A DNA stretch of 56,524 nt, filler included, from Sphacelaria rigidula (taxonomy: Eukaryota), in NCBI GenBank assembly GCA_964200075.2. It is 7 parts of 7 records of this genome, joined end to end, with 100 filler letters (N's around TTAATTAATTAA, not from the genome) between each part and the next. Parts side by side here need not be neighbours in the genome. Positions count along the whole stretch, not along the records: positions 1 to 7,990 come from CAXNAA020012723.1; positions 8,091 to 16,079 come from CAXNAA020012724.1; 5 more parts are not named here. One strand, given 5' to 3'. Positions 1 through 9,619 of this stretch are shown here, piece by piece (position 1 is the first letter of the stretch; every line of letters begins with the position of its first letter). A model generated the notes under the pieces. It did no database searches and had not been told where the DNA came from. It saw only the letters and a program-made list of their open reading frames with translations. The position numbers and the translations under genes were made by a program.

Positions 1-65
1 AGGGATGCGAGGTCAATGGTCTCTATGACTATGCCATGCATGATCATGAGTACACCCTCCCCCCC
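1..65 (+). mobile_element. 3' tail of poly(C)-tailed retroelement (family B-type tail), cut by contig start
   Basis: GGGATGCGAGGTCAATGGTC..GACTATG.CATGCATGATCATGAGTACACCC(C)n matches the other copies in the window. Confidence 0.85.
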
Positions 66-425
66 AACCCGCCCTCCTCGGGATGAGTCCGTGGTGTCAA
101 GGAATCACCCCATCTCTCCCCAGTATACACCTTGCGTTTTGGTGTCACGGATAGAGTCATGACTACCAGTACTCCCGCACCGCATCAACTTTTGTCAAGC
201 AAATTCAGTCAACCACTTTTTGTTTACTCACATACTCACGCTTTCGACAGTTAAAATCAGACACTTTTTTGGAAGCAAAAACCCAACATATTGGGAATCG
301 GACCGACGTTTTCTCCACCCTAATGGTGACAGCCGGACCATTATGCCGCCAGCGTGTGGCAGCAAAGCTGACGATTCCTAATCCGTGGAATTTCGTGCTT
401 CCCCCTCCCGCCCCCCTCGAGAGAA

Positions 426-795
426 TACCCATGCGGCAAAGCCATAGAGAGTAGAACCTATATAGTGGCAGAATGTGAACTATACAAGGAGGAACGGGAC
501 GTGTTTGAGGGGGAAACGTGGGAGGTAGAGGAAGGTGGCATGAAATCATTTGATGCACTATACAGCGGGGGGAAAACGATGGCTACACTAGGAGATAGGT
601 GGTGGCCTCAGGCGGCGAAGCAGGAAGAGGATACCATATGTAAAAGGTTTCTGTGTAATGTATGGACAAATGGTAATGAGCGCCGAACTGTTGGAGGTGT
701 CGCTGTTAGGCGTGGGAACAGTGCTCCGTCTCGAAAGGGATGCGTGGTCAATGGTCAAACGACTAAGGTAAGCTACGAATGAGTACGCCCCCCCC
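426..795 (+). mobile_element. 5'-truncated LINE (family A): ORF2 C-terminus with degenerate CCHC zinc knuckle and poly(C) tail
   Basis: Translates YPCGKAIESRTYIVAECELYKEERD...GDRWWPQ...GGVAVRRGNSAPSRKGCVVNGQ*; homologous to 865-1166 and 7210-7990. Confidence 0.8.
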
Positions 796-864
796 ACCCA
801 CCCCCAAAGAAATAAATGCGCGGTAGGTGCATGTAATGAACGTAGGGCGAGCTCGGCACAATTC

Positions 865-1166
865 AAGTGGAAATGTGGGAAATAGACGAATGTGACATGA
901 AATCGTTTGATACGCTAGATGGCGAGAAAACGATGGCTATACTAGGACATGGATGGTGGCCACAGGTGGTGAAACGGGAAGGGGGTAGGATATGTAAAAG
1001 GGTTTTGTGTACGAGGCGTATGGAAGAAGTGCAATGATCGCCGGAAGTGTTGGAGATGTCTCTATCCGCAGTCGGAATGGTGCTCCGTCTCGAAAGGGAT
1101 GCGAGGTCAATGGTCTGATGACTATGGCATGCATGATCATGAGTACACCCCCCCCCCCTTCCCCCC
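865..1166 (+). mobile_element. 5'-truncated LINE (family A variant carrying the family-B-type tail)
   Basis: Same ORF2 C-terminus (SIRSRNGAPSRKGCEVNG) ending in GGTCTGATGACTATGGCATGCATGATCATGAGTACAC(C)n. Confidence 0.8.
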
Positions 1167-1179
1167 GAAAAAAAAGTAG

Positions 1180-1788
1180 AACTTTGTAGGGTTGGCGTCG
1201 GTTGGCAACGACGCTGTAAAATACGCCACTCATTGCGTGAGCTAGGCAACCAGGTTACCGTTTTTCTGTTTTCGCTTGCGTTTTTTCTTACTGTAGTGTA
1301 ACAATGATGGTGGTCGAGCTAGATCATATCGTGTGGCGTGGAGAACCCGAACAACGTGTAAAGGCGACGATCGTACTACGTAGTGTTGAAATGGTGAAAC
1401 ACCTGTGAGGCAGTTTGATTGATTGATTGATTGTCGCACTTGAACTGATCCCCCAGAGGTCCATCCGTGGTCTCATGATAGACGTAGTGTAATCCATCAT
1501 TGTCGCTGGAAGTGTCGAAACCAGAAAATGAAGCAGCTCGTTGCAGGCTGTCATCCATATGCAAGAAAACCAGTACGCGCCGCGTCGAGCCGGACAATCG
1601 TAGCAAGATGTGGGTCACCCTTCATGCCACTCGCCGAACACATGACGGCGCTTAGCGCTCGGTGATCGGTCGCGAGCCTGGTCCGGCGAAATCCCGACGT
1701 GCTTCGTCCCGGCTTTTGTAGGGATACGAGGTCAACGATCTTAGGACTCGGCATGCAGAATCATGGGTATCTCCCTTCCCCCCCCCCT
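1180..1788 (+). mobile_element. Non-autonomous SINE-like element (family B), near full length, interrupted by a family C insertion
   Basis: Colinear with 9070-9595 from head GGGTTGGCGTCGGTTGGCAACGA to the poly(C) tail; no coding capacity. Confidence 0.8.
1415..1485 (-). mobile_element. 5'-truncated (CAAT)n-tailed retroelement (family C) nested in family B
   Basis: Reverse complement of GACCACGG.TGGACC.CTGGGGGATCAGTT.AAGTGCGA(CAAT)n; interrupts GAGGCAGTGTA, which is intact in the contig-5 B copy (~32495-32505). Confidence 0.8.
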
Positions 1789-1814
1789 CCGCTGTCCTGC
1801 GTGTCCCCTCTCAG

Positions 1815-3239
1815 GAGGAAGGAGGCATGTTGGCTGCTGTCAAGAACGTTGCGAAGAAATCGAGGGCCTACGTCTCTGCCCCAGGAACCGGATTCTCTAC
1901 CTCGACTCCCGTGTTTGCGCTGAGCCTCATGGCTAAGGCGGGCGGGTTGTTTCCGCTGCTGCTATGGGTGGCGTTTTCTGTGATCAGGGGTGCTGCCCCC
2001 GTCGCGATGGTCATTTTAGCGAGCAGGTAAGGAACAATGGACGTGCGTCCACAAGAACGTGTTGAGCCTCCTGATTATTTTTTTTTCGGAGCTTCCTATC
2101 ACGAGACGAACACCACAACGTCTTTTGTCCACTCCATCTATGAAAAGTTTTTTATTCAGGGGTGCCGGTCCCGTCCCGTCCCGTCCGTCGTATTTTTTTG
2201 CGAAATGTCGCGCTCCGTCGGTAAAGTTGGGGGGCTCGCGGTGTTACTTAGGTGAAGGTGTGTATGACCTCCTAGGCGATGGTAATGAGCTTTTCAACTT
2301 CGGTCTTATCCCTCTCAAAAATGGTCTCGCATTATCGAACAAATCCCATTTTCGGAAAGACCTCGACGAGGTCTGTCCAATGACACAAGATGCGCGGGCG
2401 TGGTGGTCGTACCACATATACATGTGTGTGTGACGGAATCGAGGTTGAAAAACTGGATCATCGGGGGCTGATGTTTTCTCCCTGCTGTATTTTTCGTCCT
2501 GTCCGTTTTTTTTTTTTTGTCAGGGGTGATGATCCCATCCTCCCGTCACGTTTTCCCGTGGTCAGCCTTACTCTTCCTATTTGCGGCTACGGAAATTTTC
2601 GGATCTCCAGTCACTCCTGAGTGTAGCACTTGTATCTTTTTAGAAATCGTGTAAAAGAAAAAAAAATCGATTCTGGGTGTATGTGTATGAAGGGCTCCAA
2701 ATTTATGCCTTCTATCTTCGTTTTTTTTTTTATTTTTTGCAGAAGGATTCGTACATTATGTTGTGGTTTTAACAGTGACTAAGAGACCAGCGCGCACCAC
2801 TAACTATATACTTCTTCTGTCCCATAAGTAAAGTCCGTTATGATCACACGGACCCTTAACCGTGTCCAATGCCATAGGCGATATATTTTTCGAAATCTTC
2901 AGTTTTTGTTTTAGTTGAATTGCGTTTTTTTTTCTTCTGTTTGCGGAGCAGCCAGCGTGTCCGAACGGCCGATAAACGATTACTCGACCCAAAAATGGCC
3001 ATACTTCGCACCTTCACCAGAACACAGAGAACAAGCCTGGAAACCCGAAAAACGGCAAACACTGCAAAAAAAGCATGGCTGGCTTTTTTTCTCCGGTTCA
3101 CTGCTGGCATACGGTAGGTACGCCTAGTCCGAAACCACTCGCTTACACTGCAGCCTTCAATTACTTCAAAACAAGCCAAATTCATCGAAATTCGGCCATG
3201 AGACCACGGCTAGACCCCAGGCGTGTCAGTTAAAGTGCG

Positions 3240-3286
<47 letters not shown>

Positions 3287-4298
3287 GCCGTAAATGTACA
3301 GATTGGACGGAATTTGGTCCAAATGTGGCAATGTTTGACCCAACGATTCTAAGGTCGTAGATCGATTATTTGATTTTTGATTTTTCCAGTGGCCATCTCC
3401 ACAACTACTGTATATATTTTCAACGAACCTAACCATAACATCGTGAGCACCTTCGTCGGCGAGGTACGGCCTATCCCCCATAACGGACTTTAGATATGGG
3501 ACAGAGGAGGTATACGCTATATATACGCAAATATTGATTCGCCCCTTGAAAAGTGCTCCGTCTCGAAAGGGATGTGTGGTCAATGGTCAGACGACTAAGG
3601 CAAGCAACACATGAGAACGCCCCCCCTTGAAAAGTGCACACTTCAAGCTGGCGGTCCGACAACGTCGTGAGTAAGCCGTGCTATTGTACGGCCCCAAGAT
3701 CACCTCTGGGACAGAAAAAAAACACCAGTGACTACGAGACCTGTACTCAAATCCTTCACCACCGAAGCCATCGCTACAAGAGAAGAGGCAGACGTGTAAC
3801 TAACTAGGGTTCAAATCACAAGCTTCTATTGGGGGACTAGATTCGTGAGGTCGATGTAGAGAGGTTGTGTGAAAATTCTTCGAATGGACCCCCCCACCCC
3901 TCGCCCGAAACAGTTCCTTTTATTCCGTCGAATCATTGACCGCCCCGCGCATGCTGCCTCGTCGTTGTTGGCAGGCAACGCGTTATGGTATTCGTTCATG
4001 TAATATACGGGGAATCAATTAGTGACCTATGGGGGTCGATGATGATTTATTGTTTCTTTTACATGTTTTATTTGGGTCTATGATTCATTTGGCTTTCAAC
4101 GGACGTAACCAACCAGAACAGTACGTGATGATTGATGGATTGGTTTGGCTTGATTAATTTGACTGTTCCAGTTGATTGATTGGTCAGCTATAGGCTCCGC
4201 ATCAATCTACTCTGGCACCAACTCTATTTCTGTCCGCAATGATATACCCACCGCGTGCCGTATCACATTCACTCATCATCATCATCATCATCATCATC

Positions 4299-4338
<40 letters not shown>

Positions 4339-4864
4339 CCCAATTACGACAACACAGAACAAGGTTTTCGTGAGATTGAGAGTAGAGTGCTGATTGAGGG
4401 TGGCTTTGATCATTCACTTGAACTTGGCCATTTTTTCATTCCGCGTGTGCTTTTATTTGCCTCCATCACTGGTGTGTGCTTACAGCTACACGTCGATATC
4501 CTACTCAGGGATATCAAGGGTCTCAGCAGCAAGCTACTACAGAAAGAAAATTGGCCCTTACGGAGGGGCATTCCGGAACTGAAACGATTCATTCACTAAT
4601 TGACCGCTTTTCACTCTCAATCGTATTCTCTACTCAATCTCACGAAAACACTGTTGCAGGTTGTTGGAAAGGCTCGATGACTCCGCGGAGGCATTTTACG
4701 TCTACGCCCCCGCCGCCCTCCGACAAATGCGATTTGATTGTCTCAAGCTGGCGGGGCAGCAGGTGGCCGCCGGAGCCGTGTTTGCTCTGGCAACCGGCGC
4801 AGTTCGGGGCTGGCTACGGCCGAGGGCCAGGGATCGATCTTCCGCTATGGGGCGCCGCCTTCTG
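1815..4864 (+). CDS. Two phase-compatible internal exons (1815-2026, 4660-4864) of a membrane protein, possibly an ABC-transporter transmembrane domain; partial
   Basis: Canonical AG/GT boundaries; the phase-2 join gives ...FPLLLWVAFSVIRGAAPVAMVILASRLLERLDD...KLAGQQVAAGAVFALATGAVRGWLRPRARDRSSAMGRRLL. The exons are well supported; the ABC identity is only a resemblance. Confidence 0.6.
3198..3284 (+). mobile_element. Family C 3' end with long (CAAT)n tail
   Basis: GAGACCACGGCTAGACCCC..TCAGTTAAAGTGCGA followed by about 11 CAAT units. Confidence 0.8.
3553..3626 (+). mobile_element. Minimal 3' end of LINE family A with target-site duplication
   Basis: Flanked by the direct repeat CCCCTTGAAAAGTGC (3542-3556 and 3623-3637). 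Confidence 0.85.
4274..4337 (+). repeat. Compound microsatellite (CAT)n(CAA)n
   Basis: Directly visible. Confidence 0.95.
4358..4655. mobile_element. ~300-bp MITE; further copies at 9880-10150 and 36634-36931
   Basis: Imperfect ~28-bp terminal inverted repeats AACA..GTTTTCGTGAGATTGAG(AG)TAGAG; three homologous copies on three contigs. Confidence 0.8.
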
Positions 4865-4881
4865 GTGAGTGCAGAATGGCA

Positions 4882-4885
<4 letters not shown>

Positions 4886-4912
<27 letters not shown>
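4886..4912. repeat. (AT)n microsatellite
   Basis: Directly visible. Confidence 0.9.
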
Positions 4913-7209
4913 CGACATATTCGAATTGTTTGCCGCAGTGCAGGTCCCTCTTCGGTAAGTAGTGCAAGGCAATTTCATGTATGCATATACAATAGTTATA
5001 TAATTTATATTCTCCTGAGAATTCAGCAGGAAAATTTCCTGAGCTGCTGACAGGCCGGCATTTCATTCTCTCGTGCCCTGATAGGCCAGCATTTCCTCTC
5101 TACTTGATTTTAGCGTGCGCTTCGGTTTTGTCATGTCGCTCGAGCGCTGACAGCCCACATTTCGCTTGACTTTACGGTGCATTCTGTTTGCATTCAGAGT
5201 ACTCGACCATAAGAAAAAGTATGCACAGGGGATGCTTTTTACTCTGCGCGTGGTCTTCACCGCCTGTGTGACCCCTCTGGTGTTGTCAGCATAGCTTCAC
5301 AGTCTGTCGCGTTGTTGTGAAACACTGAGCAGAGGCATCGGCAACGTTCAGTAGACTGTGTTCAATGGAGAGCGGTGACACGCTGACTGTTTCTTATGAT
5401 TGTATTCAGCCTCTGTTTAATTTTTTTTCCACGTACGGTAGAGTAGCAGATATAGCTGCAACAGAGGTACACTACCCCACGAAAACTGCAAGGGTCGGAC
5501 GAATAATTAATTCGTCCGGAAATTACCTGATTTTAGTGTAATTGATTCGTACGGTGCGAGTAAATCCCTACGCTTTGTTCTCAGCGTTGTAACCCAGGTA
5601 CGCGAAGCCCAGGCACGTGGAATGGCGCTAAAATTGCGTGAGGACCCGTTTGACCAGCGGTCGGCTTCTTCTATTTTTCGATCAATCATGGATACGGTGA
5701 TTCGAACCGGCGATGATTCGTCCGGACCTTGGAAAACTGACAATTGCTCAGCGAAGGCATACGAACTGACTTTGCATACACATTAACTTGACTTGTGGCA
5801 TGAAACCAGTCAGGGGTTCTCCGTCTTTAAACTATTTTTTTATAAGCCCAATATCCCCATGTTCATGGAAAGGGGCATTTTGTCCTTCGAAGAAACAGGT
5901 ATTCTGAGCTACAAATGTGGCATGGTTCATCTGAGGTTAATACCCGTGTGACGACCGGAGGTATTCACTCGTTGAATCGCCATCATTTTCAATCCTTTCT
6001 CAAGTGATACGATGCCGAGCTTGCCTGACAAGTCAAACGATTAATCATTTTGAGACCGGACTCCCACTAAGCAGGGGTGGGGACCTGGTTTGCACGCAGG
6101 GGCCATTTTCAAATCGGCATCGTGTTCAATCGCTTCCAAGTGAAAATAATTCCGATTCACGATAGGCCCTCATCTCCCAAAGCGGTTTGTCCACCCCGGT
6201 CCCAAAGGAGCCAGGGGTTGCCCGGTGCGCTCCGGTATCGTTGTTTATGTTTGCATGCTGGTGCATGTGTGGTGTTTCATCGACACACTACAAGCCAATG
6301 CAAGACGCAGGACCTTACAGTCGTACACCATAAGCTCGGGTTTACGTGGACGGACATGGTTCATCAATAGTGTAGTCATGTAACGTAATTTAACAAGATA
6401 GTGTCGCATACTACCGCCAGTTTTCGTGTATCTCGGAACTCGACCCATTAAGCGCGGCGGCGGAAGCCGCGGAAATCCTTGTGTCTGTAAATGTATACAA
6501 GAATTGATAACATGAGTATACCGCTAACTGTTGACGGGTTGCTCATGAAGTATTGCACCTTCACTAACTTTCTGGGACAGTTTTGTGGAGCAGCCACGTC
6601 ACGTTTTGAACTTCCGTGCCCATGTAGTTCTTCGTGCTAAATAGCCGCTTTGTGGTTCACACCGTAGACAAGAAAATGTACTCCGTACAGTATGGAATAT
6701 GTTCTTGTCTGCTGCAATTGGCGCGAGTTGATACTGTACACAGTACACTGTTTGACAGAGTAGTCTATTGTACAGGGTGTATTGTGGTAGTCTATTGTGG
6801 TTGCGATGAAGGGCTTTCATGATTTTTTTGTCTCCATCTATGTATCCCTTTGGCGGAAATGAGTAACACTCATTTTGGCTGCTGTTTGGTTATTGGCGGG
6901 CTGGCAGATTTGTTGTGGGGGCGTTGGTTGTCGGGAGGTTGCCTTTTTTTTTCTTCATATCTTAGTTTCTGCTCTGGAAGCAGTTGAAAGCGCAGATAAG
7001 TGGGACCCCGCAGGAGTCACATTGGTGCAAATGTAACCAGTAAGTACTACGCATTGGAGGTGCGCAGCGGTTCTGACCACGCTATATAGTGGGACCAACC
7101 CCACCAACCCAACCAAACGCCCAACGTTACAGAAACAGTGTGCTCAAGTCGTAGGGCACAGACCCACCCACCCCACCCTACCCACCCTACCCACCTACCC
7201 CCGTTGACG

Positions 7210-7990
7210 CAAACAAAACAGAGACAAAAAAATTGAAATGATAATATATCGTAAATAATATGCAGAGGAAGAGATTGACAGCCATAGTTGATAGGGCTGT
7301 GTGGAAGAAAATCGCGAAAGGGTAGGCTGGTATAAGGTGGGATAGATAAGTCGACAAAGTATGGAAGGAGATGGAGGAAATCAAGGCGAGATTATTTTCA
7401 TGGGTGAAGGCAGGGGGGTATAAGGCTATAGTAGGACACATGACAGAAGTAATGGAAAAATAAATGCTTGGACGAAAAGTATACGAGCAAGAGCACCTGA
7501 AGATTCACGTCGGGTGGAGAGAGGGGATAGGGATGGAAGCATATCTGCATGGCCCGATGTACTCGGCGAAAAAATTGGAAACTGTGATTTCGGGTAGGGA
7601 TGTTGGGTGGGGGACCTGGGCCTGCCGGAAAGAAGGGGGTATGCCAGTAGTCGAGTGGAGCAGAAAGTATATGCACAGAATTGCCCCTGTGGCAAAGCAA
7701 AAGAGAGTAGAACTTAGATATTTGCAGGATGTGAGCTACGCAAGGAGGACCGGGATGTGCTAGAAGGGAAAATGCGTGACGTGAACGAAGGTGGCATGAA
7801 ATCGTTTGATGCATTAGGCAGTGGGGAGAAGACGATGGCTCTACTAGGAGATGAGCGGTGGCCACAGGCGGTGCAACAGGACGGGGATAAGATACGTAAA
7901 ATGTGTTGCATAGAGCGTAACGAGCGCCGAACTGTTGGCGGTGTCTCTATAAGGAGTAGGAACGGTGCTCCGTCTCGAAAGGGATGCGTG
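7210..7990 (+). mobile_element. Longest LINE family A fragment (degenerate ORF2 C-terminal region), cut by contig end
   Basis: Frameshifted and stop-interrupted RLTAIVDRAVWKKIAKG*AGIRWD...GIGMEAYLHGPM...MKSFDALGSGEKTMALLGDERWPQ...SRNGAPSRKGCV; C-rich 5' flank. Confidence 0.8.
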
Positions 7991-8090
7991 NNNNNNNNNN
8001 NNNNNNNNNNNNNNNNNNNNNNNNNNNNNNNNNNTTAATTAATTAANNNNNNNNNNNNNNNNNNNNNNNNNNNNNNNNNNNNNNNNNNNN
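7991..8090. other. Artificial contig linker (N44-TTAATTAATTAA-N44)
   Basis: 100-bp N spacer with a core giving stops in all six frames; identical at six positions. Confidence 0.97.
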
Positions 8091-9018
8091 GACTTCTGGG
8101 TGAACAAAGGGACGCCTTTTAGCCCGAAAAGGGTGCTTTCGCATATACCCTTTGGGCGAACGGAAGACGGGAAACCCCCAAAAATACTTTCAGGGAGGTC
8201 GGGGGGGCATGCGTTCGTCCACGAGAAAGTCGTTTGTCATGACTTCATGTCAGGGGAGCCACTGCTGTGGAGTTTTAATCCTCACTCTAATGTTCAACAT
8301 CATTTGCGAAAATAATCTGTGAAGACGAAGTACTGTAATGCACCGAGAGGACCTCAGGAGCAGAAAGGCGTTCAAGCTGGAAGCATTCACTGGCAGTGGT
8401 TGAATATATTGTTGTAGCGATATAGGTCAAACATGCAGGTAAACCGGACAAATGTTATATTGAACAACGTGCAATCTGCAGGCGTGTACACACGACAGTG
8501 ACTGTGAAAACAACCGATGCAAATGTAGGCCACACATGCCCGTTGCGTTCAGGGAACGGGAATGGGTATATATTTAGCCCCCTGACTGCCAGGGTAGTCC
8601 ATTTGGATCATGGATACTTTTTTTTTTTTTTAACTGAGGCCGATCCAACAGATGACCTAGGCTCGCCGTCAAAGGGTTCAAAGTATCACAAACGCGTCGA
8701 TCACGGCGGCAGAGAGCTTTGCACACCACCGGTAGCGTGAAAGGAACTCGACGAACTCAAGAATATCCATGAAGGAGCGAGCAAGCAGTGTGGGGTCCGT
8801 TTCGGGGGGGGTGGGGAAACGTCTGAGTTCATTCCTGCGTTTTCTCGATGTCGGAGTTCCCGTACTCTCTCCTCAAAATGTAGAGATGTGAATCATCGGT
8901 GTTTTCCCGGCGTGGTTTGTCCGCGTTTATCGGAAATGCTTCTCTTTCCATCTCTCACTAGAGCATGCCATTGTTGTGACTGCCCCCCTCCCCCTCCCCC
9001 CCTGGTGCGGGGAGAACC

Positions 9019-9595
9019 GTCGTGCTCCGTCCCGGCTTTGTAGGGACTTTGTAGGGACGGACCCCATATGGGGTTGGCGTCGGTTGGCAACGATGCCGTT
9101 AAACACGCCACTCACTGCGTAAGCCAGGCAACCAGGTTTTCCGCGTTTTGTTTGCACTTCCATTTTTTTGCGGTAATTTTTGCGGTCACCATGATGGTGG
9201 TCGAGCTAAATCCTTCCGTGCGGTGTGGGAGAACCTCGATTCCGCACAAAGGGGATGATCATTCTACGTAGTGTTGAAATGGTGAGACCCCGATGAGGCA
9301 CTGTGTACCCCATGACTGTCTCTGAAAGTGTCGATACCAAAAAATGAAGCAACTCATTCGGGGCCATCATCCATGTGCAAAAAGATGCTCAGTACGCTCA
9401 GGCCGAGCAATCTTGGCAGGGTGTAGCTCACGCGTCATGCGAATCGCCGAATACATCCTGGCGCGCTTTGCGCTTGGTGATTGAGTGCGAGTCTGATCCG
9501 GTGAAAACCCCGGCGTGCTCCGTCCCGGCTTTGTAGGGATGCGAGGCCAATGGTCTTATGACTACGGCATGCAGGATCATGAATACACCCCCCCA
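9019..9595 (+). mobile_element. Family B SINE-like element, full length (~9070-9595), preceded by a short duplicate of its own 3' segment
   Basis: Colinear with 1180-1788, 32447-32788 and 48090-48372; poly(C) tail. Confidence 0.82.
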
Positions 9596-9619
9596 CGCAC
9601 CTTCCCCTACCTTTGTCAG

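Noticed and set aside
4172..4599. Poly-His/Gln/Thr ORFs from the ORF track (also poly-Gln at 38985-39491)
   Set aside because: These are translations of intronic (CAT)/(CAA) microsatellites and MITE sequence.
8035..8046. Recurrent TTAATTAATTAA motif as a biological signal
   Set aside because: It always lies at the centre of an identical N spacer and is an assembly or annotation linker.
9070..9140. HDV-like ribozyme at the family B head (ACGC-CACTCACT-GCGT resembles P3/L3)
   Set aside because: No convincing P1 or P2 pairing could be built.
9285..9375. Hammerhead ribozyme-like core in family B (C(C/T)GATGAG-GCAC..GTGTC-GA(A/T)AC..CTGTC)
   Set aside because: Stems II and III can be drawn, but three of four copies have GATAC rather than GAAAC, no copy has an intact CTGATGA here, and stem I does not pair next to the core. 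An Infernal search of the family consensus would settle it.
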